Of a stretch of 64,000 nt of DNA, positions 24,283 to 36,400 are shown piece after piece. The notes under the pieces were generated by a model, which saw only the letters and a list, made by a program, of their open reading frames with translations, was not told where the DNA came from and ran no database searches. Numbering within the stretch: the stretch's first letter is position 1; each line of letters begins with the position of its first letter. Origin of the DNA: Takakia lepidozioides (lineage: Eukaryota; Plantae; Bryophyta). The DNA is taken from the NCBI GenBank assembly GCA_030704615.1, contig CM060732.1:41726001-41790000 (forward strand). Direction: 5' to 3'. The position numbers and the translations under genes are program-made.

Positions 24283-24478
24283 ACTCGAGAACTTATTTTC
24301 GGGCTTTTCGGGCAGTCCAGGCAGGTTCTTAAGAAAAACGTCAGACGATGACGTGGCTGAATATGACGACGTGGCGAAGATGACGTGGCTAGATATGACG
24401 ACGTGGCTATGATGACGTGGCACTATGGCATTCTCTCTCTACGCTAAACTAGTCTCCGACCTTCGGTCGTCACTAGAA
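24283..24478 (-). mobile_element. Helentron/DINE-1-like terminus with GCCACGTC array, copy 1
   Basis: The minus strand starts TT-CTAGT-GA-CGACC-GAA-GGTCG-GAG-ACTAG, then ttagcgtagag, five GCCACGT repeats and ctgcccgaaaa. Homologous to 39040-39197 and 50044-50155. The repeat is directly seen, but the class assignment is inferred. Confidence 0.6.
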
Positions 24479-25218
24479 TAAAAATAAAACACCGTCCAAA
24501 TTGAATGTAGCAGCACATGACACATTGGATAATGTGAAGTTGAGAGACAACAAGGCTGTTTTCAGGCAAATTGTGCAGAGAAATAGTAAAGGGATGTACA
24601 TGCCAAACGTAGGCATCAAAGTAGACTGGTTTTATTTTGGGATCTGATTACAAAGTAGGGTTCTTCAACCTCAAATAGTCAAGAGCTAAACATCACTAAT
24701 CCCAAGGCATCTTACCATGTCCAGGTGAATGTCACACTCGGTTTATGCAAAGCCAGTGGGAGCCCAGTACACTTTGAGCTCCAATTTGAGTAACAGGCAA
24801 TGTTCAGATAGCCATAGCCACATCCTAGGTAGAAGAAGTATGACCCCCACAACCTGCTGGCCTCATTACAATCCAGACCAAGCCAGAAAGCAGACGAAGG
24901 TAGTCGACACATCACAATCCTTGACAGACCCCATGAAGGTCTGAAACAAGTAAGTTCACAGAACCCAACAAGTTTATTTCCGGTACAACATTTTCCTGAC
25001 AAGGGATGCCTCCCAGTCAAGCCATCATGCTAGCCTTCCACTGAATCACAAGGACAAACTATTGACTCCTACAAAGACAGGTCTGGGCACATAGGCCTTG
25101 ACGTCCACATTTCATCTGTTGCTAGATTAACAGCTACTGTGTTTGGGCAACTCAATACACTGACCTACAGTGTGAACCTTGCATCCCAAGATCATGTTGC
25201 TGAATCCAGCAGTGGCAG

Positions 25219-26668
25219 GGGGATCCTGCGACCGGTTTTCCTTCGCACATGGAACTCATCCATACCTTCGAGGCCTCTGGTCGGACGATGGTGGGCTTCA
25301 TTAGTCTCGCAGTTCCATGCTGGGGACTGCACCGAATACCGCAAGTAGCCCTCGAAGGCCTCATTCACACGGGCGTCTTTGTCGCTACCAGAGGCATCAC
25401 AGGACCCGTCACGGACTATTGCCGCAGTGCGCCGCTGAGGAACGATGCCGACCGTTGTGCTTTCTGGAATATCAACATTTATCGCCCGTGAGGGATGATG
25501 ATTGCTGACTGTGTGTGTGCCAGCAAAGTAACACAAAATGTTTGCTAGTTTCTTGCATACTAGTGTCAGGGCGAGTCTGTGGGTCATGCGGACGGACCAT
25601 CACGCACCTGCTCTCTAATAAACTCTGTGATTTGGTACTCCATTTGATTCAATGAAACGGATACATTTCCATTTGCAACCTCCTGTGTTATCTTTCAATG
25701 TTGTCAATAACGTTCGTGTATCATCTTCCTCATTTCTGGTAAAGTTCATGGAACCAACATTCCTAACTTTGCAGTTAGTCATTGCTTGAATTACTGCTGA
25801 TAAAGCTATCTTCCCTATCCATGGCTGTTGCAGCCTTTAATCAGGCGGCCATTCATGAACCCTTCTTTCTTTGTTCCTGAGTGCTCAGTATTTGCTTTTG
25901 GGCTGCTTGTGGAGGGTCCTCTCTCTGTCTTGTTTCGTGCTTTCACTGCTCCATACCTGATGACGACGGCGACAGTATCCAGGGCTTCCAGCAGGACGGA
26001 CATGGTTATACCTTGAGGGCATCACAACAAAAGCAGTAGCTAGAGGTGTGTCTGTTGTAACGAACCTGGCAGATCGGCAGATGAGTCGGCCAATTCTTCA
26101 TCTCTCTCAGGCCCGTACCAGCTGGAATGCTCTTAGCAGTGCTTCCTTGTCAGTGGGAAGTGAAACAATCCCCAGAGTACTCACACTAATTGCTTGCCCT
26201 CTTTTGTTATGCATACGAAATCAATAACCGACGTCCGGTATAACTCCGTCGGGCAAATTAGCCTGCCCATTGATCTGAAAAAAAATACGTTCCGTCCGCA
26301 CGGCCGATCAAAGAGATATCGTATGCCTGCTCGATAAAATGGTTCAGGATGTGGGTGGACATAATGAAAGATACTCTGTACAACTGGTCAAACTGTTGGC
26401 GAGTTATATTTTGTCGAGTTAAACGAGTTCTGCTTAAACTCCTCAAAGCTGCTGCTATGCACCTTCAATTCGGGAACTCTGCCGGGTTCCGCAGAATTCA
26501 GCCGATCCATGGTGAACTCCCTCTCCTCCCAGCTCCGTTCACTCCCATGTTTCTGTACGCTGGCCCCGCGGACGAGATGAGGCCCATCTGGGCCCTGTGC
26601 ACTTGGTGCTAGTGCTGAAGCAAAGCAGACACAAAGCAGGGCCAACAAAAGTTGTACGTTTGCCATAA
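25219..26668. pseudogene. Rearranged paralog of the 255-aa secreted protein
   Basis: The N-terminal half is on minus (26668 to ~26205, frameshifted, ending VIDFVCIT). The C-terminal half is on plus (25219-25491, DPATGFPSH...INIYRP). Upstream 26670-27745 matches 13730-14970. Confidence 0.85.
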
Positions 26669-28582
26669 TGAACTTCGATAGCGCTTCAATTGCTGCTGGA
26701 AGCTGCCGATATTCAATCGCCACTGAGTTTGTGATCACTTCCTGTACCTGTAGACATAGTCAAGGTGGTTGAGTGAGTATGGAGAGCATGCATGGAACGT
26801 ATGGGCGTGCTAAGTGATCCACCATCCATAGGTAGCGCTCATAATCTGTTATCCTCCTTCTTTCAGTCATTCCATTTGTGCTGCTGGATGGGCTGTGTAG
26901 CTAGTTCTACTTGTTGGAATTCAGCTAATAGGTTTGGACACTTCTATACAGAATCAAGGATTAGAGATCATATACTGTAACAAAACGCACAACTACACGA
27001 TGATTAAAAAATATCTAGCCGGAATGTGCAACAGTACAACACAAGAATGTATGCAATATTACATAAGGTAGAGCGAGCATATACACAAGCTGTCTACCAC
27101 TGTGCAGTAGGCGACTGGAAATCCAGGGAAGGAAGGAAATCCAGTGAAGGAAGAACTAGGGTCCAAATCCATGTTATCAAGGGACAGGAACGTAGAGAGC
27201 AAGGGGATGCCAACTCACCAACCAAGTCCACCTCCCTCTAACCACGCCCGTCAAGCAGAATACCACAATGACCTGCAGCACCCAAATCAGATGAAGACTT
27301 GCCAGTGAGCTGCTGGCTTTTATAGCAGCTGTCTCTTCCCTGTCTCTCTGCCCCCGAGACCACTATGGCAAGATTCTCGGCATTCCCGCTTCTCGGAAAA
27401 ATGGAAAAAATGGAGACTATGTAACCGTCCATCGAAAGGTCCCATTAATAGTATAGCTCACACGCACTGCTGATCGAGGCTGCTCTGCACATCTTGGGGG
27501 AGTGAATATCGTGAATATCCCAAGAATTTGGGGTGGAAGATTCTCGGACGTCCTCTATTATTTATGGAATTGTGTGTGACGAGTTGATGACTCGTAGCAT
27601 ATACTGGAATAACTCGTCAGGAGACGTGTTACCGTCAAGCGATGACTGATCTGTCACCTCGACAGGAGGGTGGCCTCCCTTATATTAACTTCTGAGAGCT
27701 GCTAGAGCGGACCCGGTCCCTCTCTTGTCCTTGGCAGCCTCTTTTTAATTGTGTTACTATCAGCTGATCATTCTTCCACTTACGATCGCGGGACTCGTTC
27801 AATTGGGCTGCTGCTTTACAACTAGATAGCTCTAGAACGCAATCGATACTGACTTAGTTTTCATTCTATTACTATGTTGTATGTATTGCTATATTGTTGA
27901 CAGTTGTATTGTTGTCGTTCTATTTACTCAGACGCCGCAGCTTACAGAAAGGAGGCCACATGTTGCAGTGCTTGCTCTGCAGGGGTGTCTAAATCATGTA
28001 GAGTTGAGCTGCTACATTGGAATCGAAATTCCCCTAGTAACTCGGGCAGATCCACTAGCAACTTCTGTAGATGTATGGTAAATAGATCTGCGCTAGATTG
28101 GAGAAAGTTATCGGTCGAACAAACAAAATGTTGTTCAACCGATGTTCCTTGATGTTGATTGCGCTTTGATGTGGATTGGGCTTTGAATCCGACTCTCAGT
28201 GTGCTTACGAAATTGGAGCTGGGCCGCAATGACATGTGCAGGGATCTCCCTTTTCGAGCACATTCACTAGCTTAATTTTGTGCCTATGGTGCCCTACGTT
28301 GTCTAGAACAATCTGCAAGAACATACAACACTCGTGCATGATCCTTTACAGCTCAATGACGATGATTGTCTTTCTCTGAGTGTGAATATGGCATGCGATC
28401 TAGCCTCTCAGACAGATGTGGATTGACCTGGACAGACTGCACCTAGGTCGCCAATTGTCGAGGGTACGTGTTCATGTTACAACCCAGGAGCTACAATGCT
28501 TCGGGACAGAACGAGATCGAAACATGCACTAGATACTCCAAAAGTGATACTCTCAATTGAAGAATCTCGTCAGTGATCTCAT

Positions 28583-31500
28583 TGTTGGAATTCGACAGAG
28601 AATAGAGATAAAAGATGAACTGATTACTGAGAACTCTCCACCCAACCATAGGACCACAACAAGCTGTGTCCACCCTCCGAGCTCTCCCTATTTATATTCA
28701 AAGTCTAATCCAGAAATAGCTGAGATAACTATAGCATAACTCCATGCTTTTACTTATGTTATCTCCACCTGCTATTATGGTACAATGACTTGAGTCACTA
28801 ATAATTGAGGCTAACTTTAGCTATCTTTTAGCTAACCGAGGCTTATCTCTATTGTTGACTGTGACTTGTCAGTATGTCTGGTTGTAGATATGTTTAATTA
28901 CTTCCAACACTCTCACTCAATTAAACCATATCATTGAGCTACTTCGTTTGTCTTTGGAGAAGAGACACCAAGTAAGGTTGAACATTTCATGTGTTTTGTT
29001 TGTGGTAGACTTTTCATCAAAACATCCGCAACCATATCTCCTGTATCACAATAGATCATCTTGATCTCTCCCTTGCATACAACTTCCCATATGTAGTGAT
29101 GTTGCACTTCAATGTGCTTCGTCCTTGAATGATATTTCGGATTCTGACTCAGTGCAATCGCACTTTGATTGTCACAATAGAGAGTTATAGGTAGTGATTA
29201 GAGATGATCCAAATCTCCAAGCAACTTCCGTAACCAAATAGCCTCCTTTGCTGCTTGTGTAATGGACATGTACTCAGCTTTTGTTGATGACAATGCTGTT
29301 ACAAAGTTGATTTTCTACTATCAACGTCTCATGCCCAGTCAGCATCAGCAAACCCAACAAACTTAGATCTTCCACTCTCTTATAGAGTAGACCAGAGGTT
29401 GATGTTCCTCTTAGATATCGAAATATCTTCTTCACTGCTTTCCAATGGGTTTGTCCGGGATTTGAAAGAAATTGTGAGACCACTCCCACTGAATGTGCAA
29501 TGTACAAACCATGCAATACACCAAACTGCCGACTGCGCTTTGATAAGGAGTTTTCCTCATATCTTCTTGCTCTTCTTGAGTCTTAGGTGTCATATCCTTC
29601 GTAAGTTTCAAACCAACTTCGAGAGGAGTTGATGTTGGCTTACTCATCTCCAACTTAAACCTTTGTAGAATTGTCTCAATGTATTGTCGTTGATGCATGA
29701 ATATTGTATGGTTCACTCAATCTCTGCTGATTTGAATACCAAGACAGAACCGAATCTCACCCATGTCAGTCATGACAAACTCAGCACTCAACAGTGCTTT
29801 GGTTTCTGGCAACAACCTTTTATGATCGTTGGTGACAATGATTGTGTCATCCACATATAGAGCTATGACCACAAATTGCTTTCCCATCTTTTTCACATAG
29901 ATGTTTGTGTCAGCAATGCTTCGCTCAAATCTTGCCTTTAAGAGGTAAGCATCGATCCTAGCATACCAAGCTCGAGGACTTTGTTTGAGTCCATACAAAC
30001 TCTTTTGCAGCTTACACACAATATCACTTCCTCCTTGTACAAACCCTTCAGGTTGTCTCATGTAGATCTCTTCTTGTAGTTCTCCATTCAGAAATGCGGT
30101 CTTAACATCCATTTGATGAACTTCGTGATCATGTTGAGCTGCAAGAGCTAACTCCTTTAATTTGTGCATAGCCTTTAGCTACAAGACGAGCTTTGTACCG
30201 GTAAATAGATCCATCAACTTTGTACTTCAACTTGAAGATCCATTTGCAACCAATGGCTCTTCGTCCTGTATACAACCTAGTGAGTGTCCATGTTTTGTTT
30301 TGCATCAATGAATCCAACTCTAAGTTGATTGCTATTTCCCATTGTAGGTTGTCTGGAGAGCGCATCGCTTCCTCATATGTAGCAGACTCAACCACTTGTG
30401 ATGCTTCTTGCATAGCTTCGATGGCACTCATAGATATAATCAGCCTACTAGGAGCTTTTCTTTCCCGCTGAGATCTCCTTAGAATTGGCACATCTTCAAC
30501 TTCATCTCTTGCTCCTCCAAGTGATGTGGTTTGCATTGGCCCGCACACATTAGAATGTACAATCTCCAATATACTTGTGGCTCTTTGTCCACCATCCTTA
30601 GGAAATTGACCTCGATGTTGCTTCCCTTCAAAGCAACCTTTGCATAGACGCATATCGCTCATCTCCTTCAATGATAGTCCTTCCACAAAATGGCTTGAGA
30701 GTTGTATCTGTCTCAACTTCTTAATGCTCACATGACCTAACCTTCTATGCCACAACTCTGTTTCTGACATGACAGGTGTAGATCCCAACTGTGGTGAAAA
30801 TGTGGTAAGAGCACTAGAGACATGATGTTGTAATCTATACAAGCAATTATCAAGAAAAGCTCTTGCTACCACAACTTCTGAGCTATCTGTGATAGTACAA
30901 CTCTCATCTTGGAATACCACTATGTATCCCTTTGCAACAATTTGCCTTACAGACAGCAGGTTCTTTGTTAAAGTAGGGACATGTAAGACATTTTCCATCT
31001 CTATGGTTTCCCCTTCATTGAGCATAAGATAAACTGAGCCTTCTTCACCAATGACATGCTTGCTATCATCTCCCAAAAGAACATATTGTGTAAGTGAAAG
31101 AGATCTATAGGATAAGAAATGCTCTCTCTGAACTCATATGTTGAGATGCTCCTGAATCAACATACCACACATGCTTCTGTCTAGTAGTGGCTGAGAGAGA
31201 CACAACAAATAGAATAACATTCCTCTGATGAGTAGCTATGTTTCCTTGACTCTCTCTGCTGCGTTCATCTGCAATGCAATCCTTGATCATGTGACCAAGT
31301 TTCTTGCAATAAAAACACCTCACTTTGGCCTTTTTGATCTTTGAGCTAGATTGAGGTTTCTGAAACCTCTGGGACTTCTGAGACATATGTGAAGGGAGTC
31401 TTCTATTCAAGACTACTCCAGTCTTGCCTATGAACAAAGCTTTGTCTACCTCTGTAGACGTACCTTGACATTTTCTTCTTGTTTCCTCCTTGAGGAGAAG

Positions 31501-32463
31501 TCTTATGACAACATCAATAGTTAAGTTGGTTTGTCCTGCTAGAGACACCACAAAACCATCATAGGATTCAGGTAAGGTTGCCAATAGCACCACTGCGGCG
31601 TGTTCATCAGTCACATTAGTTCCCACAGAGACTAGTTGATCTCGAACACACAAAACAAATTCAAGTATTGTTCAACTGAGTCTGACTCGGTCATCTTCAG
31701 ACCATAGAACTTTTGCGTCGCATACACTTGCGATGTGACATCCTTCGTCTCATATATGCTTGCTAGCTTGTCCCAAACATCTTTAGCATTCTTAGCACTT
31801 ATAATGAGATGCAACTGTTTGTCTCTCAAGCTTGTGATGATGCTAGCTCTTGCTTTCTGATCTTTCCTATCCCATATGGCTTGGCCAACAATAGTGTCAG
31901 GTCTTGGGACTAATCCATCAGTCACTCCCCATAGATCTTTGTCTAGAAGGACCATCTCCATCCTAAACTTCCAGGTTTGATAGTTAGCTCCATTGAATCG
32001 ATCTTCCACTCTCACATCTAATGCACTCGTCATAGACATAGAAGGAGGATTGCTAGAAGACGACGCTCCAGCCATAATCAAGTTCTCTCAATCTCAACTA
32101 CCAACCCTCACCTAGAAAAGAATTGCTCTGATACCATGTTGGAATTCGACAAAGAATAGAGATAAAAGATGAACTGATTACTGAGAACTCTCCACCCAAC
32201 CATAGGACCACAACAAGCTGTGTCCACCCTCCGAGCTCTCCCTATTTATATTCAAAGTCTAATCCAGAAATAGCTGAGATAACTATAGCATAACTCCATG
32301 CTTTTACTTAAGTTATCTCCACGTGCTATTCTGGTACAATGACTTGAGTCACTAATAACTGAGGCTAACTTTAGCTATCTTTTAGCTAACCGAGGCTTAT
32401 CTCTATTGTTAACTGTGACTTGTCAGTATGTCTGGTTGTAGATATGTTTAATTACTTCCAACA
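28583..32463 (-). mobile_element. Ty1/copia LTR retrotransposon, degraded, integrase core deleted
   Basis: 327-bp LTRs TGTTGG...CCAACA at 28583-28909 and 32137-32463, with about 6 mismatches by eye. PBS TGGTATCAGAGC (tRNA-iMet) at 32125-32136. Domains: gag, CCHC knuckle, protease WYVDSGASQHM, GAG-pre-integrase, RT (QMDVKTAFL, LYVDD) and RNase H. Frameshifts are present. Confidence 0.95.
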
Positions 32464-32629
32464 TATAACATGAGCCAGAGAGAAACAACCTCATTTTGCA
32501 TATATGTATGTGAAGTGTACAATTAACACATGGTCTTCCAGCTACATCGATCACTATCACATCAGCGGATACAGTAGCCACAAGCACAATAAAACCACAG
32601 GGAAACCAATGTGATACGTTCACATTGAG

Positions 32630-32897
32630 TACCTACAAATAACAGCCAACTCACACTACGCCTGCATTAAACTTCTGCCTGCTGCACACACACACGACGA
32701 AGGAGCACAGTAGCGTAAGCGCTCTGCATGGCCCAACAAACCCATAAACCTCACTGTCATACCTACAAATAACAGCCAACTCACACTACGCCTGCATTAA
32801 ACTTCTGCCTGCTGCACACACACAACGAAGGAGCACAGTAGCGTAAGCATGAAGCTGCTCTGCATGGCCCAACAAACCCATAAACCTCACTGTCATG
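32630..32897. repeat. Tandem duplication, ~130-bp unit x2
   Basis: tacctacaaataacagcc...cctcactgtca occurs twice head-to-tail. Confidence 0.9.
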
Positions 32898-33456
32898 GGC
32901 AATGAGAGTCGGCACTGTAAAAGATCCTGGATTTTGGAATTGCTCGACTCCGTTAGCATGCACTCATGAACAAGTAAGCTTCGTTAGGTTTGTTTGTCCC
33001 TTTGCACACGATGCTATCTAAGCCTACTCTACATGTTATCGACTGGGAGTCGACAGACAGCGGCGGTCCAAATGCTGAGTCTAGCACCCATCTTATTAAT
33101 ATCGTAAGTACCTCTACTGGTCACTGCCAGGGCCCTGCAAGCTCCACAGTGGCGACGAGTTGTGGACGGAGGCAACTACGGAGACGGAGGCGCGAGGCTC
33201 GTGTTGTGTAGCGTCCAGAATTAGGGTTGGGGAAAACGTTTGGGACAGGTTCGGCAGCCCAAGAACGTTTGCTGGTCGTGTTTACGATGGCAGAGCTGCT
33301 GGTGACCTGATGTGGAGGATGAAGGCACTTCCTTGTTAGATTCCTCTCCGGTCTGATTGTTGTGAGGATAGTGTTTGTAGTTGATGAGTTCTGGCGGGGG
33401 TATCGAGTGTTGTGAAGGTGTTGTTTTTGGAGAGGGAGAGAGGGGAAGGAGGAAAA

Positions 33457-36400
33457 ATGAGTTCGAAAGCAGCGAACGGGCCGGGAAAGGCTGCGTTGCT
33501 GCCCCCGTCACCGCCATCCTCTGCCCTGTCCGCAAAATGGGATGGGTTATACACTTATGTGAAGAATTTTAGACTAAAAACCAAGCAGCAGGAGCTATTG
33601 ATCAGAGTGAGTGCGCTGGTGCTCATTTACATTCTGGCATTCGCGACACGCCTATTCAGTGTGCTGCGTTATGAAAGTGTAATCCATGAGTTTGATCCTT
33701 ACTTCAACTACAGGACGACTCTCTTCTTGACAAAGAAAGGATTCTATGAGTTCTGGAACTGGTTTGATTATGAGAGCTGGTATCCTCTTGGCCGAATCAT
33801 TGGTGGCACTTTGTACCCTGGCCTCATGGTCACAGCTGCATTCATTTATTGGACGCTACGATTCTTCAGTTTTGCTGTTCATATCAAGGACGTGTGCGTG
33901 CTCACTGCCCCGTTCTTTGCATCAAACACAGCGATTGTCTCCTACTTCTTTGGCAAGGAGCTTCGGGATAGGGGGACAGGACTCATTGCTGCAATGTTTA
34001 TGGCAATCTGCCCGGGATACATCTCTCGCTCGGTTGCAGGATCTTATGATAATGAAGGCGTTGCGATCTTTGCCCTGGTCTTAACTTTTTATCTATTTGT
34101 CAAGGCTGTAAACACTGGCTCTCTAGCGTGGTCTGTGGCGGCAGCATTCGCATATTTTTATATGGTCTCTGCTTGGGGAGGTTACATCTTCATCATCAAC
34201 TTGCTCCCGATCTATGTGTTGGTGCTGTTGGTGAGTGGGCGCTATTCACTCCGTCTGTACATTGCATACAACACCATCTACATCTTGGGAATGCTGCTGG
34301 CAATGCAGATTCGGTTTGTCGGTTTCCAGCATGTGCAGTCGGGGGAGCACATGGCAGCCATGGGCGTTTTTTTCTTGATGCAGGTAATATTGCTACTCCA
34401 CTTCTTCCTCATTTCCACTTGCCCTTTCAGTCGAGCTTGAAGGTTGCCTTTCACTATAATTGCTTGATGGTCACATGGTTGAGGAAACAGAGGACCCTGC
34501 ACACGATTATCCTTGTCATAGATGGACTGTAACCACACCTCATAGGGACTTACAATTGAGTGAGACTCGTTAAATCGTGCATTAGCGGGAACTTGCCTCT
34601 GGGGAGACTCTCGAAGAGATAGGGACTTACAATTGATGAGACTCGTTAAATCGTGCATTAGCGGGAACTTGCCTCTGGGGAGACTCTCGAAGAGACTCCA
34701 CTTCTTCCTCATTTCCTCCCACTTGCCGTTCAGAGTCGAGCTGAAGGTTGTGCCTTTCACTATAATTGCTTGATGGTCACATGGTTGAGGAAACAGAGGA
34801 TCCTGCACACGATTATCCTTGTCATAGATGGACTGTAACCACACCTCATAGGGACTTACAATTGAGTGAGACTCGTTAAATCGTGCATTAGCGGGAACTT
34901 GCCTCTGGGAGACTCTCGAAGAGAAATGCTGGAACCCCTTTCAACTTGTCACTCCATCCAATGGCCCTATTTCAAGCTTCGCTGACACTGGTGAATTAGG
35001 TCTTATACACTCGACTTGCTATGGCAGGAGGACTGTATGGGCATGTAGGAAGACTTCATTTTTTTTCAACTTGCAATGGCTTCCCTCTTGAAGGAGGGCT
35101 GCCTACTTCGTACTGCGTGCAATTCCCACATTGCCTTCAAGCAGTAAGTCCCACAACAAGCCAGGGCTTTAATAACACCCTCTCTATTGATATTTTGGGG
35201 TTGCCACACACATGTTCAGGGAGTCAAAATGCCCCAATCCATCTTAAAGTAACAGAAACATGTCTCAGCAATATCAATGCAGGAACTGACCTGCCATTAT
35301 AGGTTTGCTCGCGAATCTTCATTGTGCTTGAAGTCTGGTTAGTGGGTACCTTTGCATTTGGGTGGAACTAACTCCACAGTTAGTTTATGGATGGCAAACT
35401 GGCCCACTAATTCTTCAAGCATGTAGCATAACACCTTGGCCAAAATGTGCTAAACCTAGGCTTTGACTTGCAGAGTGCAAGATGGCGATTGAAAACCTTC
35501 CACATTGCATTTGTGCTTGTGGAAGATTGTAAGTGGTGGACCAAAGGAGATAACAGGATGCAGAAGATCAGATTGTATTGTAAGGGTTTATGTGCAGAAC
35601 TGCAGACATGTGGAGAGAGATTTTGATGGGTCCCCCTTGCAATGCAGGTATTCTATTTTGCCAATTGGGTGAGACAAGAGCTCGGGGATCCCAAACTGTT
35701 TCGATCCTTCCTTAAGATTACAGTGAGAATTGCAGCCACTGTTGGAGGTCTGGGGCTTGGTGTGGGTATGGCAACAGGGTACATTTCTCCATGGACAGGC
35801 AGATTCTACTCTCTTCTGGATCCGACATATGCTAAAGATCACATCCCCATCATTGCCTCTGTTTCTGAGCACCAACCGACGTCATGGTCTTCGTTCATGT
35901 TTGATTTTCACATTCTCTTGATCCTCTTCCCCGCAGGCCTCTACTTCTGTTTCAAGAAGCTCACTGATGCAACTATCTTTGTTATTATCTATGGTATGAC
36001 CAGCTTGTATTTTGCCGGAGTTATGGTTCGTCTCATTTTAGTGGCTACCCCAGCTGTTTGTTTAATCATTGCTGTGGCGGTGTCGGCTAGCCTCAAAAAC
36101 CTGTCTGTGCTGGTGAGAGAGAAGATCCCAGTCCTGTCGTCTGCCAAGACTTCGGGGAGTCAGAAGGCCTCTGCAAAGGTGAATCCTTTATCTAGGGCCA
36201 GTCACTAATATACATGTGGCAAATAAATATACTGAACACCGGAGAACCTTCGCTAAACCTGACTTTCTGTACTTGCAAGTCTGAAGCGAATTCTAACTGA
36301 TTCTGGGTGGTGACCTTGTTACAGAGTGGGATTGACCAGCCGTTGCCGTTCCAAAAAGAGGGCTCATTGCTATTTTGATGCTGGGCAGTCTATACTTGTT

